Shown: positions 26,191 through 39,104 of the stretch, in pieces | Layout of the letters: every line of letters starts with the position of its first letter | How positions within the stretch are numbered: the first letter of the stretch is position 1 | Origin: Glaucostegus cemiculus | Lineage: Eukaryota | Assembly (NCBI GenBank): GCA_976551045.1 | Contig: CDPCPM010000019.1 | Span: forward strand, 4,960,001 to 5,024,000 | Direction: 5' to 3' | DNA: 64,000 nt | Translations under genes and position numbers: made by a program | Notes under the pieces: generated by a model | Database searches by the model: none | What the model was told of the DNA's origin: nothing | What the model saw: the letters and a program-made list of their open reading frames with translations, nothing else

Positions 26191-27599
26191 GAAAAGAAAT
26201 AAAAATGAAGGGCACAGGGAGAGGGCAAGGGAGGAGGACAAACTGGATTTATCTTGTATAGAAATGGCATACACTCTCTGGGCCAAAAGCTCCCTCTCTC
26301 TGCTGATTCTATAAATCTAATGGCTTCTATGAAAAAGTAGGAATGGTTTTGTCCCTGAAGCATTATTCAGAAATGCATAATTATGAACATCACTTATTCA
26401 TCAAGAATAAATTAACTCAATCCAGAGCAAAAATGGGAAGGGAAAAAAGTTTACTCCATGCACTGTTGTTCTAAAATTATAAATATGATCCTTTATAGTT
26501 GGTTTACTTTTCCTTTACATGTGCAGCACAGAAAAGAACATCTTCCTAATAGTTCACCTTAATATTTTTACTTATATTAATGCATTTGAACACAGTAAAA
26601 GGTCAAATAACCAAGGCATTACTTGGATAGGTAATCAAAGGATTGGTGAAGGAGGCAGGAATAAGAGTGCCTTGAAATACAAGGGGCATTGAGGAGGCAA
26701 ATTCCATAGATTAGGGCCTTGTCACTTTCACACTGAGGTAAGTCAAAAGAGTGGTACTTTGAATGATCCACAACAGTGAAATAAAATAACAGAGCTTCTA
26801 TAAGAGAAGTCAAAGAACAATAGTTTCCTTTCGGAGATCTACTGCTTTTATGCATTGCTTTTGGGTGTTTCAGACCAGTTATTACACATTGTTAAGGATA
26901 TATGTCATAACTGAAATGGATAGGCTAATTGGCAGCTAAAGTTAATTTTCAGTCATTATCACGATTCTATAAAGTAAGTTTCAGGAATTTATGAATAGAA
27001 TAAAATTGCTATAGCAAGTTATACAGATTCTAATGACAACCAGTTTTGAAGATGTTATCATAAATGGAGTTGCTTTCCATAGCACAGTAGCTCCAACATA
27101 CTGATAGTCAACTATTTAGATTACGATAATTGAAAATAATATCCACTGCTCTCCTCTATACTCTTCGTAATTATTCATGAATGATTTGGATAAAAAGCAT
27201 TATCAGCAATATATGAAATCAATTTCTGTTTGGAATGCAAAATAATAGCTGATGGTGTCATGTGAAAATTCTGCAGATTAATCCCAAATTAAGTTAGAGA
27301 AGTCATCGTTATAATCCAGAGAAATCCAACATTAAGTCACATCTGAGAGTAAAAAGGACAGTTGTTTCAATTTCCAAATAAGTAATTAAACTTTGAGTTA
27401 AATGTGCAAGCTTTCAAACTGGCATCCACTCCCTACGCTAAATGGTGACTTGTTTATTAACACCTGGGCAACATATTGCATATGCAGTATGTTACATTAT
27501 GTCAAGCTTATTTTGTAAATATACACAAGAGAAAAATATCATAACAACTAAAATGTCTTCGGGTTATTCTCATACTAGTATGCATGCAATAGATGGGCT

Positions 27600-28290
27600 A
27601 CTCTGGGCAGGAGGTACAGAAGCCTGTAGTCCCACAGCACCAGGTTCAAGAACAACTACTTCCCTTCAACCATTCGGTTCTTCAACCAACCAGCAAAACT
27701 CTAATCACTGCTACAGTTTAGCAACACTATGACCACTCTATTCATTTTGCACTAAAATGGACTGTTTTTTTGTTCTAGTTGTCTTTTTCATGTAAAAATT
27801 GTGTATAAGTTATGATTAATTCATGTTATTCTTGTGAATGTTGCTTATAGTATGCTATGTGCCTGTGATGCTGCTGCAAGTAGGTTTTTCATTGCACCAG
27901 TGTATACATGTGCACATATGACAATAAACTTGACTTTAAAGATACACTTCTCATTACCTTGGTCAAGTGGCCAACATAATCAAAGATCCCACCCACCCCA
28001 GAAGTTCTCTCTTCTATCCCCTCCCATCTGGCAGATGATACAAAAGCCTGAAAACACATACCAACAGGGAAAAGGACAGATTCTATCCCACTGTTATAAC
28101 ACTATTGAATGGTTCCCAAGTACAATACGATGGACTCTTGACCTCACAATCTACCTTGGTATGACCTTGAACCTAATTGTTTTACCCTGTACTACCTCAA
28201 TGCACTATTGTAATGTTTGAACGGTATGTAAGACAATATTTTCACTGTACCTTTGTACATGTGACAATAATAAACCAATTTACCAATTTC
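27600..28290 (+). mobile_element. Two adjacent Rex1/Babar-type 3' end fragments
   Basis: 27945-28287 matches 21900-22292 (gactcttgacctcacaatctacc...gtgacaataataaaccaat). 27600-27935 is a related tail (gggcaggaggtacagaagcctg...atgacaataaacttgactt). Confidence 0.75.
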
Positions 28291-28916
28291 ATGTTTGACT
28301 GTATGTTGTGCCTCTCAAAATGGAGAGTTCCATGCTATAGACAGTTTTAATGTTATATAACATAGTAAGGGCATGATCTCGATCCAACATTCAAAACAAA
28401 ATTTGTGCAGTGTTCAGGCATTGGTAAATCTGTTTGTCCAAACATCAGCTCTACCCAAATGGTCCTGTTCTCACTTCCAAGTTGAAGTCTGTAGGTTCAA
28501 GTCTTTGTTCAAGACTCATATATACCGCAAGACTTGGGAATTTTTCTTACAATGAAATATCGAAATAGAGTTGTATGCTTGTACATATGTACGTTCAAGA
28601 TCCCATGGCATTATTATTGGTGTCTCATTAATTCTCCCTAAACCTATCACCATTGATATCAAAACAATTATTATTCATCCCATAATTATTATTGGCTTGA
28701 AACTGCACTCAAAGTAACTGCTAAGTTTATTTGTATGGAGTTTACAGTATAGGGCTTCAATGCTTTTAAGGTGTGCCTTGCAGTAAGCTGAATCTCTAAA
28801 TGAATCAGCAATGCTGAATTAGATAGCTGAATAACAATTTTCATGGAACCTGAAATAGTGTTGTATCAACAACAAAGCAATAGTGCAACATTCTGATCCA
28901 CAAAAGCAGTTGTTTA

Positions 28917-29252
<336 letters not shown>

Positions 29253-32200
29253 CTAATAAACCATGTGCCATTTATCCCAAAGTCAAATATACAAGAACTG
29301 CTTTAAAGAACTAGTTCTAATACACTCTTCCATTTCAACAAATATTCTCTAACTTCTGATACCACATTTTCCAGTGATGCAATTTCAGATTACACACGAG
29401 TCTGGAGAGGGACAACCAACAGTAGAATTCTGAAAGTTCCCCTATCTACAGATGCTACATGACCTGTTGAATATTTCCTGCATATTCTTTTTATTTCAAA
29501 TTTCTTGTATCTGCATGTGTTAGACTGTCTCAGTCTCTCCACTGTCTCTGTTTTAGAACAGCATTCTCTGTTTTTATTTCAGATTTATATCATACGCAGT
29601 TTTTTGCTGACTTGGAAAATATATAATCATTCATTCATTTTCACTGATCTAATTGCTGGAACTCCTCACCCAATGACACTTTTAGTGAATCTTTACAAGA
29701 CAGCATGGTTCACAATGATGCTTACCACCATATTTACAAGGACAATTCAGGATGGGCAATAGTTGCTGGTGTCACTCACATCCCATAAATCAATTAAAGA
29801 AGCAAGGGTGAGGGTTTCAACCATAGTTGGTAGTTGGGGTGAGGCAAGGGCAAAATTGGGTGACATTCTGGAATTGGAAGCAGATAACTTTGGTGATGGA
29901 GAGGATACGATGGTTGTACTCTCAACAGTGGGTTTAATAGTGCAAGTCAAGACTAGTTTATTGTCATATGCACAAGTACGGTGAAGTAAAGGTATGATGA
30001 GAAACCTATGATGACAATTCATTAGTGCAAAAAAAACATATTAAATTTTTTACAACAGTGATCAGTGACAAGAATGAAATGAAGGTCCAGGGAGCAGAGT
30101 TCCTTTTTGCCTGCTTATCCTTTCTTTGGTGGCCGAGTTCTGTTCTCAAGAACCTATAATTCCCTGCTGTCTGAGTGTTCCAAAATGCTTAACAATGGTG
30201 GAGGGTGAAAAGTTGGCAACACCTAATAACTCGACCAAGCACAAGAAAAAAATGAGTGGAATTCTGAAAATTAGGCTGCTTAGAACACGCATGTCTTTGA
30301 ATTTTTAATACAAATTTTATAGAGATTCATCAATACTTCACTGCACAAATCCATGGTTCAGTTTTGGATCTCCCAGATTTAATTCTTTGTGGAGTACAGA
30401 GTTCATATAAGGGGGGTGTTGAGGAAGACTGCAGTCAAGGAGTGGAAGAATGACTACAAATATTCCCAATATCACAAGATGTTGGTGGGGTAGGTCATGG
30501 GATAAAATAGAGAAGGGAAAGTCATTCACAAGGCGGCTTCATTTTTCACCATTATGCAAAGGCCTATAGCAAATGTATATTTGCGAAAGCTCAGTGAAGG
30601 CATTGTTTATCCTTGTGACGTTACAACTGCCAAGCCGGTTTAATTTTGCCAACATTCATCACTAAATTTTGGGACCAGACAATATAATGTTGAATACTCC
30701 ATGTATCTATTACTGCACGCCTCAATACAGCCAGCATATATAAAGTCCAGCTTCACATAATTTCTACTTCTCCAGCGGTGATGAGTTCTTATCTACATGT
30801 CTTAATAACCTCCATATTCATGCTACAATCCCTGTTAAACATAACAATAAAACGAGTTACAGCAATTAAGAGCATACTGGTAATGATTAGTCTGCTCTTC
30901 AGGTATTATAAAGAAATAACACAACAAATGCTCACTTCTTTGTTTATGTATCTCAGTAAAAAAAAAAGCTTTATAACCAAACTGATATAACCAATTTTGG
31001 TTGGCGTAGAGCAATCCCAATTATAAACTGTCATCACAAATATGGTCTTGCTCACATCGGTGTAAAAATATTATTCATATTATGACTGTTAATTTCAATT
31101 TCAAAAGTCAGTCTCAATGAAAATAATATCCTAATTCTACATTAATCAAATCTGAATTCTACTGTGCTTGCTTGGTGAAATATAAATAGAGTGAAGTTAT
31201 GCAGACTAAAAGTATATTAACTTATCTAAGATACTGAGCTTAATTGAATGTTGTAGGAAGCCAATTGTATTTTAAAGTGCAATATTATTGAGCATGATCC
31301 ATTAACTCAGCAGCTCAAATGCCAGCACCCAAATGCATTTTTAGATATTAGTCAGATAGCATGTCATCATTTGCTATTACCGCAATATGAAATAGTTCAG
31401 ATTTCTGAATAGCAGCAAGCACCACCAATGCTTAAAAACTCCAAGGTCTTTAGGTTTTGCTCCTGAATTTAGTGTTTAATTCTAACACGGGGCTTGTGTT
31501 ATGTACATTCTTCAAATTGAATTTGACACCAGAGGCCAGAAGATATTGAAAGGTCAAAGACACACAGAATTTGCCAATCCAGACTCTATTATCCAAAGAT
31601 ACTTCTTGAAAAATGTAATAGACACATCATGCACTTAATTCATAATAATAAATGTAATACTTGCACTTGATAGTACTTAGTTATTTATTGTTTCATTGAT
31701 CAGTAAATAAACATTCAACTGCCCCAGCCTGTAAAACTATAGACCACTGTTAATATTCCATTTCTAAGGAGTGATTGTGTGCTGTATTACCTCGGTACTT
31801 TATACCGGTAACCAGATTATTGCACATATAGCAATTATGAAGGAAAATGGTCTCCGAGAATTAATAAGGCTAGACATTTTAAAAGGACAGTATTTTGACT
31901 GTGTGGGACAAGATCGACTTCAGGAAGTGGTGTGAAATGGTTGAAAGAGAAAGCTGATAACATTTCAAGTTGAAAAATTCTTACAAAGTGAAAATTGTAT
32001 CATTGAAGGAAGCTGTGCAAACTAAGCAGAGCAGAAACTGTAAATCAAAATGTAGAACATAAAACGTACTCAACAATTATTTTCTACTGCATCTCTGGAA
32101 TTAACTATTTAAAATATCAGCAAGTGAAGCTTAAGTATCTACTTAGCATAATTTAATTTAGAACCTTATCCCACACATAATGTAAATATTCAAGAGTACA

Positions 32201-35200
32201 TTTTGTGAAGCAAAAAAAATTACATGACATAACCAACCCCATTTTTTTGAAATACTGCCTTCTTGGTGACCTTGTTGTATAGACCTTCAACCCATTACTT
32301 CTCGTTAAAATGAATGTGGGCACTGCCAGTAGGGCCAAAAAAAAATACAAAAACCTACAACTTACAGAATGACTGAGCACAGCCGACCTCACTCTGATTG
32401 CTCTGTCAGCTGACCTCTGCAGAAGCAATGGTTAGGTGATCCTGTGCTACTTAGCTGACAAATGAATGATCCCAGCTCCTCATATTTTCTACCGCTGCAG
32501 CCTTTAGCCCAGGTACTTGGACAGTGAGCCGGCATGACATCTCAGATCAAGATGAATTGGTGCAAACTCCAAGCCAAGATTGTTTTATAGCATTTAATTT
32601 AGTTTCTTCCCCTGCTTGGATGAGCACAGTCTGGTTATGGATTTCTATTCTAATGTACTGGAGCAGGCCTGAAAGGAGCCAATGAAGCAGATGCTAGAGT
32701 GGAGATGCAGGAATACCAATCAATAGGCAAGGCCCTGACCTCAGCGCTCTCAACCCTAGCAATGGCTAGCATGTTCAGAAGGGAAAAAGTAAAGCCATGT
32801 GTATTCATTCATGTCATGTGAATGGAGAAATAACTGCATTGTATTTGTTTAATGATTTCAGCTTTCAAAAAAAACATATGTAAACATTTCTTACTTCAAG
32901 TTTGTAAATATGGTCTTGTCAAGACCTGTCATTCACAAAACGTTAAATCTCAAGTGAAGGATTATATTAATAGATAATTATTAATAGACTTTATAATCTG
33001 TTGTTTGACCCATTGAACAAGTTTAATAATTTTTTGTGCATTGCAGGTGCAAGATGCTAACTCAGCAAAAGGAATCAAGTACAATCTAGATTTTTACAGT
33101 ATTTTGGTAAATTATATTGTTTTTGTTTTACCATATACGACTTTAACTATTTGGGTTGCAATATTCAGCAAACAAAACATGGGAAAATAAAAATAATTGC
33201 TGCCACATCAATACACAAAACAGTCCATTCCTTCATTCACCAATCAATCAGATAGCGGTTTAAGGGCTCAAACACTGGACAAGTCACATGACATCCATCA
33301 ATACAAGTGAACATTTGTGTCACTGTATAATTTAATTCCAATAAGAAGGTATGATCACACAAATACTTAAAAAATATTGAAAATATCCAAATATGAGTTT
33401 ACAATTTTTAGTGTCTGGAGTGCAAAGTGATTTTTATTAAAGATCTACTAAAAGGTAAAATATCTACTTCCTTGATGTTACCAGTTTACCACTACAGGGA
33501 TTGCTTGAAAGACAATCTGAATTTTATTATGCATTTTCAAAGAATTCTTACAAGCTTGAACTCCTAATATAAAAGGAATTTACTTATGAATTTTAACAAT
33601 ACGATATTATCCAATTTTTCTATGGGAGACACATTCAAGACACAGTAACTCACACTGTTACATAAATGAACTAAGATCCTGCAAAAAATACTATTATTAC
33701 TTTTTAAATTTTTATAGCAATTAAAACTAAGCAATCCTTTTGTTTAGAAAAGATATATCTGAAAATTACACCAGAAAGTGCTGAAAGGTTATTAATTTGA
33801 AACATTAACTTGGTTTCTCTCTCTGAAGATGATGCCTAATGTGCTGAGGATTTCCAACATATTCTGTTTTTAATTATTTTATAAATCAGGCAGTACCCGT
33901 GGAGATAAAACACCAAGTTAACATCTTATGTCATCCACAGGTGTTGTCTGCACTTTTAATTTTTGTTTCTTATTGGCATAATCCACAATATTTTTCTTTT
34001 GCTTCCAAAAAAATAACCTTCTGCCTCCATTTATGAAAATTTCTATGTCTATCTGCAATTCAATTTCACATATCAAACATACTGTGGTCCAAATGCCCAT
34101 TATTTTTGATGGGGTGGTTAGGGCAAAATCATGCAATCCTGTCCAATCAGGTGTAATTTTAGCCTAAGGACTTCAACAGTTCAAGTACAGCATGTTATCA
34201 AGGATAATAAGGTATGTGCAACAAGTCACCCCTACATTCCTCTAGTAAGTAAGAGGGAAAGTAAGAGCCTCAGACATCAGCAGCATTATAACCATGCCCT
34301 GTCCCATCACAAACAACTAACACAGCTTTGAAAAGGAGAAACTTGACAATAAAAATAAGAGAATGTTGTTTAATTTTGGGATTAAAATGAAATCTACAAA
34401 CTACATGGGCTTTTCTTCGTGTTTCATCATGGTGCCTGACCAGATAATAAATTACATTCATGTAGTAACTCACATCTAGCAACTACAGCTATAATTGCAG
34501 TAATATTTTAAAATAGAAATAATATGCAAGAATATATAATAAATTATTATAGTTTGTTCCAATTATTAAAAATGTTTTATTTTCATTCTTGTGAGCCTAT
34601 CATTCATTCTATTTCCCATTTTTTTGTTAAACAGATGTTTGTCATTTAAAGACCACCTAATGCAGATGGAACTTTCATAAATTTAAATTGCTGCAACTAT
34701 TGTCATCCACTATCTCAATTACTGTGAAATTCATAAAAATAAAGGGCAATACCATCTGTAAAAGAAATGTTGAACTGATATTGAACAGATTATTGTTATA
34801 ACTATGATTTCTTTCTGTGAGCAATAACGCTCCATTTAATCATAGTACAGGTGACAGAAAGATCTATTTTCTTGACAAGACAGTTGATCACCCCATCACA
34901 GCAAGAAAATTAAAAATCTGAAATAACTATTTCAATGCTGAATTCATCACACATCAGAATCTATGTTTCTGAAAAACAGCTGTAAAAGTATTGGTGTATT
35001 TACGTAAAATATTCAGAATTATGTCTCCATTAGTTACAGTAGGTGAAATCAGAGAGGTGAAATAATAGCGGTTAGGCTACCAGCCACATGTTTTTTGTCT
35101 TTTCACTGCTAAAACTAAAACTGTATCTTGAATGGACAAAATAATTTTCTGACAAGTCAAATTAATACTTAGAAAAGGGGCTGGAAAAACATGTAGATCA

Positions 35201-36800
35201 GTATGATAAATTATATTTGACATGGATTTTGAAATCAAGATGTTTTGTATGACACAAACTGTCCAGTTTGGTCTTTAAATCACACTGGAGCATAACCCCA
35301 TCATACATTAATAGAGACGTTGACAATTAACACAATACAATCCTGAGGCATTACTTGGAGTATTAGAACATGCATACAAGGCTCAATGGTTACGGATACA
35401 TCCGTTCGACCTATGACAGATGATCGGGAGCAATGCATACACATACCTATTTAACCAGTAACTGGATTGCTCACCATGCTGTTCGGGTGATACTTCTAGA
35501 AACTGCTGACTAATCAGCAAGGGGTCATTCTCACAATAGTCAAAAGTGTAATTATTATTTAGAGAACTTGACCATTGTAGGAGAACTAGGAAACAAAGAT
35601 GGATTTCTTTGTTGTCACAATACCTTCAAGATGACTTTGTCAACCATCTAAGGTGCTCTCAGTTTCCTGTCATATGTATCAGGAAAGTCCACAGATCTCC
35701 ATCATGCCATGAACGAATATCCGCTCTCAGTTTAGTAAAATAACATTGGAGTGTGGGGTTCTTCCCAATTGGTTCCAGCTAACTTTCAACCAAAATCGTA
35801 TCCTGTGTGGTGTACCTAGCTAAGTGCTTGTCATTATATTGCTTGCTTAAACTCTGGCATTGTCTCTGAACTTCCAAAATACTTGGTGTAAATCCAAAAT
35901 ATAAATTTACTTGACTTATGAAACTCTCCTGACACCCACATATTTCTCAGCAAACTTGAATTAGCAACATAAACATTGTTTTGGGTTGTCATCTGCAGGA
36001 ATCAGGAGCTCACAATGATGGGGCACTTTTCATATTTGCAGAGTGTTTCAAGGTGACGTCAATGGATTGCAACTGAAGTGTAATATTTAGTCTGTGCGCA
36101 CGGCAGTCAAAAGAAAAATCAACTTCATTTATTCCTTTATACCACCAAGTTGTACAGAATACACACTGACTAGTATCCCAATAATGGTTTCTCTTGCTGC
36201 TCTATCAAGGCAATGAATACTGCAATTGAATATTCCCTCATATCTACTTGCCAATAATTTTAGAGCATTTACAGAGTTGACTCTTTGTTGGCAAATGCTT
36301 CATGGGTAACAGATACTGTTACCAGAGCCTTCATGTCTCTCAATAAACACCATTGGTATACTTACACAGTTGAGTCAAATGCCAATAGCCAATGATCATA
36401 GAGGATTCAATACTGCTAAATTTACTGTCCATTAAGATCTGTTCTTCTTCCCAAGAAGTATTATTGAGCGATAAGAAATAAAATTTTCATATTTCTTAAC
36501 AGGAGAGAAAACACACCTTCTAAATAGAAACATGGGATATCTGTAATATAATATGCACTTGTTACGAAGTACTTACTACCGGCAAATATCCCTTTAAGGT
36601 GGGACATTGTGTGTGTGTGCAACGTATTACGTCAACAGAAGATAAGACTAACGTGATGAGGTCATTACAAGAAAGGGAGAAAGAAAGAGAAAGAGAGACA
36701 GACAGACAGACAGACGGAGAGAGAGAGGAAGGAGGCACGGCAGCCACCCTAGTCAATCTTTGGACTGGATCCCAGAACGACACTCATTAATCTTGGGAAG

Positions 36801-36818
36801 ATCCCGGACGAACCCCCA
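36801..36818 (-). promoter_or_regulatory. tRNA-Pro primer binding site
   Basis: Minus strand TGGGGGTTCGTCCGGGAT matches the tRNA-Pro PBS TGGGGGCTCGTCCGGGAT at 17/18 positions, 4 nt after the LTR's terminal CA. Confidence 0.92.
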
Positions 36819-36822
36819 ATTT

Positions 36823-37646
36823 TGTTACGAAACCAGCAACAAAAGAAGCACACCAAGTCATACTTCAGTGTTAAAACTACTTTATTAATAACTACATCCG
36901 ATAATACGTAAAATAAGAACAAAAAGTTAGTATATTAGTACAAAACAAAATATTAGAATCTTAAACTGTAACCCCAAAAATTACTCGTCGTGTGTGTGTG
37001 GCAAATTCCTAAACTCCAAGTCCAGGAATTAGTTCTTAAAGTTCAGTTCAGTAAGCCGTAAGATGAAACACGAGTAGAGGCTTCTTCACAAGCACCGTCC
37101 ACCGAAGACAAAACATAGATATAGAGAGAGCTTAGAGAAGAATCACGAGTCTGAATGTTCCACTTAGAACTAGAACGACACTTCAGGGCTCACTCGGTAG
37201 TGACTTTCTCACCCCGAAAACTCCTGGATCGTGACTGTCCATGCAAATACCTGTGTTCTTCTACAGGTTAGCAGCAAAGCGAATGCCATCACTTTGTTCC
37301 ACAGTATCTGCCACTCTGAAGAGCATCCAAAGTGTGGTTGTTCACGCAAACACCTGTGTCCTTCTACAGGTTACCGACAAAGTGGACTCCACTGGACTAC
37401 TCCAGAAATCCATCCGTGGATTGTAGTGATAAACATAGTTACTGTCCTTCATCCATCGACAGAAACAAAACAGGCTGCTGTGCCTCCTTCCTCTCTCTCT
37501 CCGTCTGTCTGTCTGTCTCTTTCTTTCTCCCTTTCTTGTAATGACCTCATCACGTTAGTCTTATCTTCTGTTGACATAATACGTTGCACACACACACAAT
37601 GTCCCATTTTAAAGGGATATTTGCCGGTAGTAAGTACTTCGTAACA
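36823..37646 (-). repeat. Complete 824-bp LTR (Gypsy- or ERV-type)
   Basis: On the minus strand it runs TGTTACGA...TCGTAACA, has AATAAA at 36881-36886 near its 3' end, has 28-bp internal direct repeats, and is followed by a PBS. Confidence 0.88.
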
Positions 37647-38451
37647 CACTCAACTCCTTTAGATTATATTTTAAGAATCACCTTATGAAGTCTATCAATG
37701 ATCCATTATAGTCCATCACAAACTTGTATCTTCAGTACTGGTCTTGTAGTCTTTTGAGGGAGATCATGAAAATAATACCAATCTATATTGCACAATTCCC
37801 TTTTTGTGCCATAAGCTTATGTTCATTGTGACAAGATTGTGTCTGCCTAAACTTATTTCATTTAAAATCTGATCATTGTAAAGGAGAATTGAACCTGTAC
37901 AGACTGGACAAAATGTACCCATTTTTAAGGGGTGGCAGGTAACATTATGTGTAGTAATCTGTCCCAAGGTTAAGTACATCAGTTGTAATAAAAGACACAG
38001 GAGTTGTATTACATACGGTACCACATGTGTGTACACTCAATGTTTATTTACTAAAAATCTTAACTAGATTGCAATCAGTTCATATACCAGTTAGAGGTAT
38101 AAAAATGGATACCAATTCCACAAAGATGAAAATAAAACAATATGACTTTCCAAATACTTTAATTGAAATTGAATCTATGGCATTTGAGTTTCATCAATAC
38201 TGTCTGCATTGTAAAGAACTGGAAAGCAAGGCAGCTATTCAAACCGTGCTTGGTAGAACACTATCATCTTAACAACCGGATCTTCCTTAACTTACATTGG
38301 ACCACCTTAAGCCAAATAGTAGCTTCCGACAGTACAGATATCAAATATGGTAAGCAGAGTTGCATAACCTTTGCTCATTTTCTAGGTGATTTCCAGCACA
38401 TGCATCAAAAGGACTAAGCTGAAGACTGCAGCCATAGATGAACAAATACAT

Positions 38452-38697
38452 TGGGACTCTTGACCTCACAATCTACCTTGTTGTGACCTTGCACCTTATT
38501 GTCTACCTGCACTGCTCTTTCTCTGTAGCTGTGACATTTTACTCTGTACTGTTATTGTTTTTACCTGTACTAACCTCAATGCACTCTGTACTAACTCAGT
38601 GTAACTGCACAGTGTAATGAATTGACCTGTACGATTGGTGCGCAAGACAAGTTTTTCACTGTACCTCGGTACAAGTGACAATAATAATACCAATACC
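38452..38697 (+). mobile_element. Rex1/Babar 3' UTR fragment
   Basis: Closely matches 22073-22292 and has the same caatac tail. Confidence 0.85.
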
Positions 38698-39104
38698 ATG
38701 TAGAATCTTTCTCCCATTTATGAGATCGGGATATTTCTGGCAAGGATAACATTTACTGTCTGTATCTAATTTCGTCCTGAACTATGTGCCTGCAAGCCCA
38801 TTTTAGAGGGCTAAATTGGTAGGTCCAGGGTCACATACAGATTAGACCAGGTAAGGACGGCAGACTTCCCACCCTTAAGGACATCAGCCCACAAAAAAAA
38901 TTCTTCAAGTGATATCAAACTGGTGGATATAGTAAAATCTGTACTTTCTGCTATAATTTTATACATATATTGACAAAGTGGATTTGTATTGTGATGTAGA
39001 TTATTTTCTTTCAAAAATAACATTTCAATCAATAATTCAAATTATGAATGAATGCAACTTTCTAAGAGAGAAATTCAAGGATATAAAATACACATTTTAG
39101 TTAA

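Larger units (their letters stand above)
36560..37646 (-). mobile_element. Composite LTR-derived element with inverted termini and 4-bp TSD
   Basis: Begins TGTTACGAAG and ends CTTCGTAACA; CACT at 36556-36559 and 37647-37650; arms 36560-36745 and 37473-37646 are inverted copies. Confidence 0.92.

Noticed and set aside
36560-37646. Ordinary MITE or Ginger-type DNA transposon
   Set aside because: An internal TCGTAACA LTR end, a polyA signal and a tRNA-Pro PBS show LTR-retroelement origin.
36562-37649. Paired near-identical short ORFs on opposite strands
   Set aside because: They are a by-product of the inverted repeat and its microsatellites.
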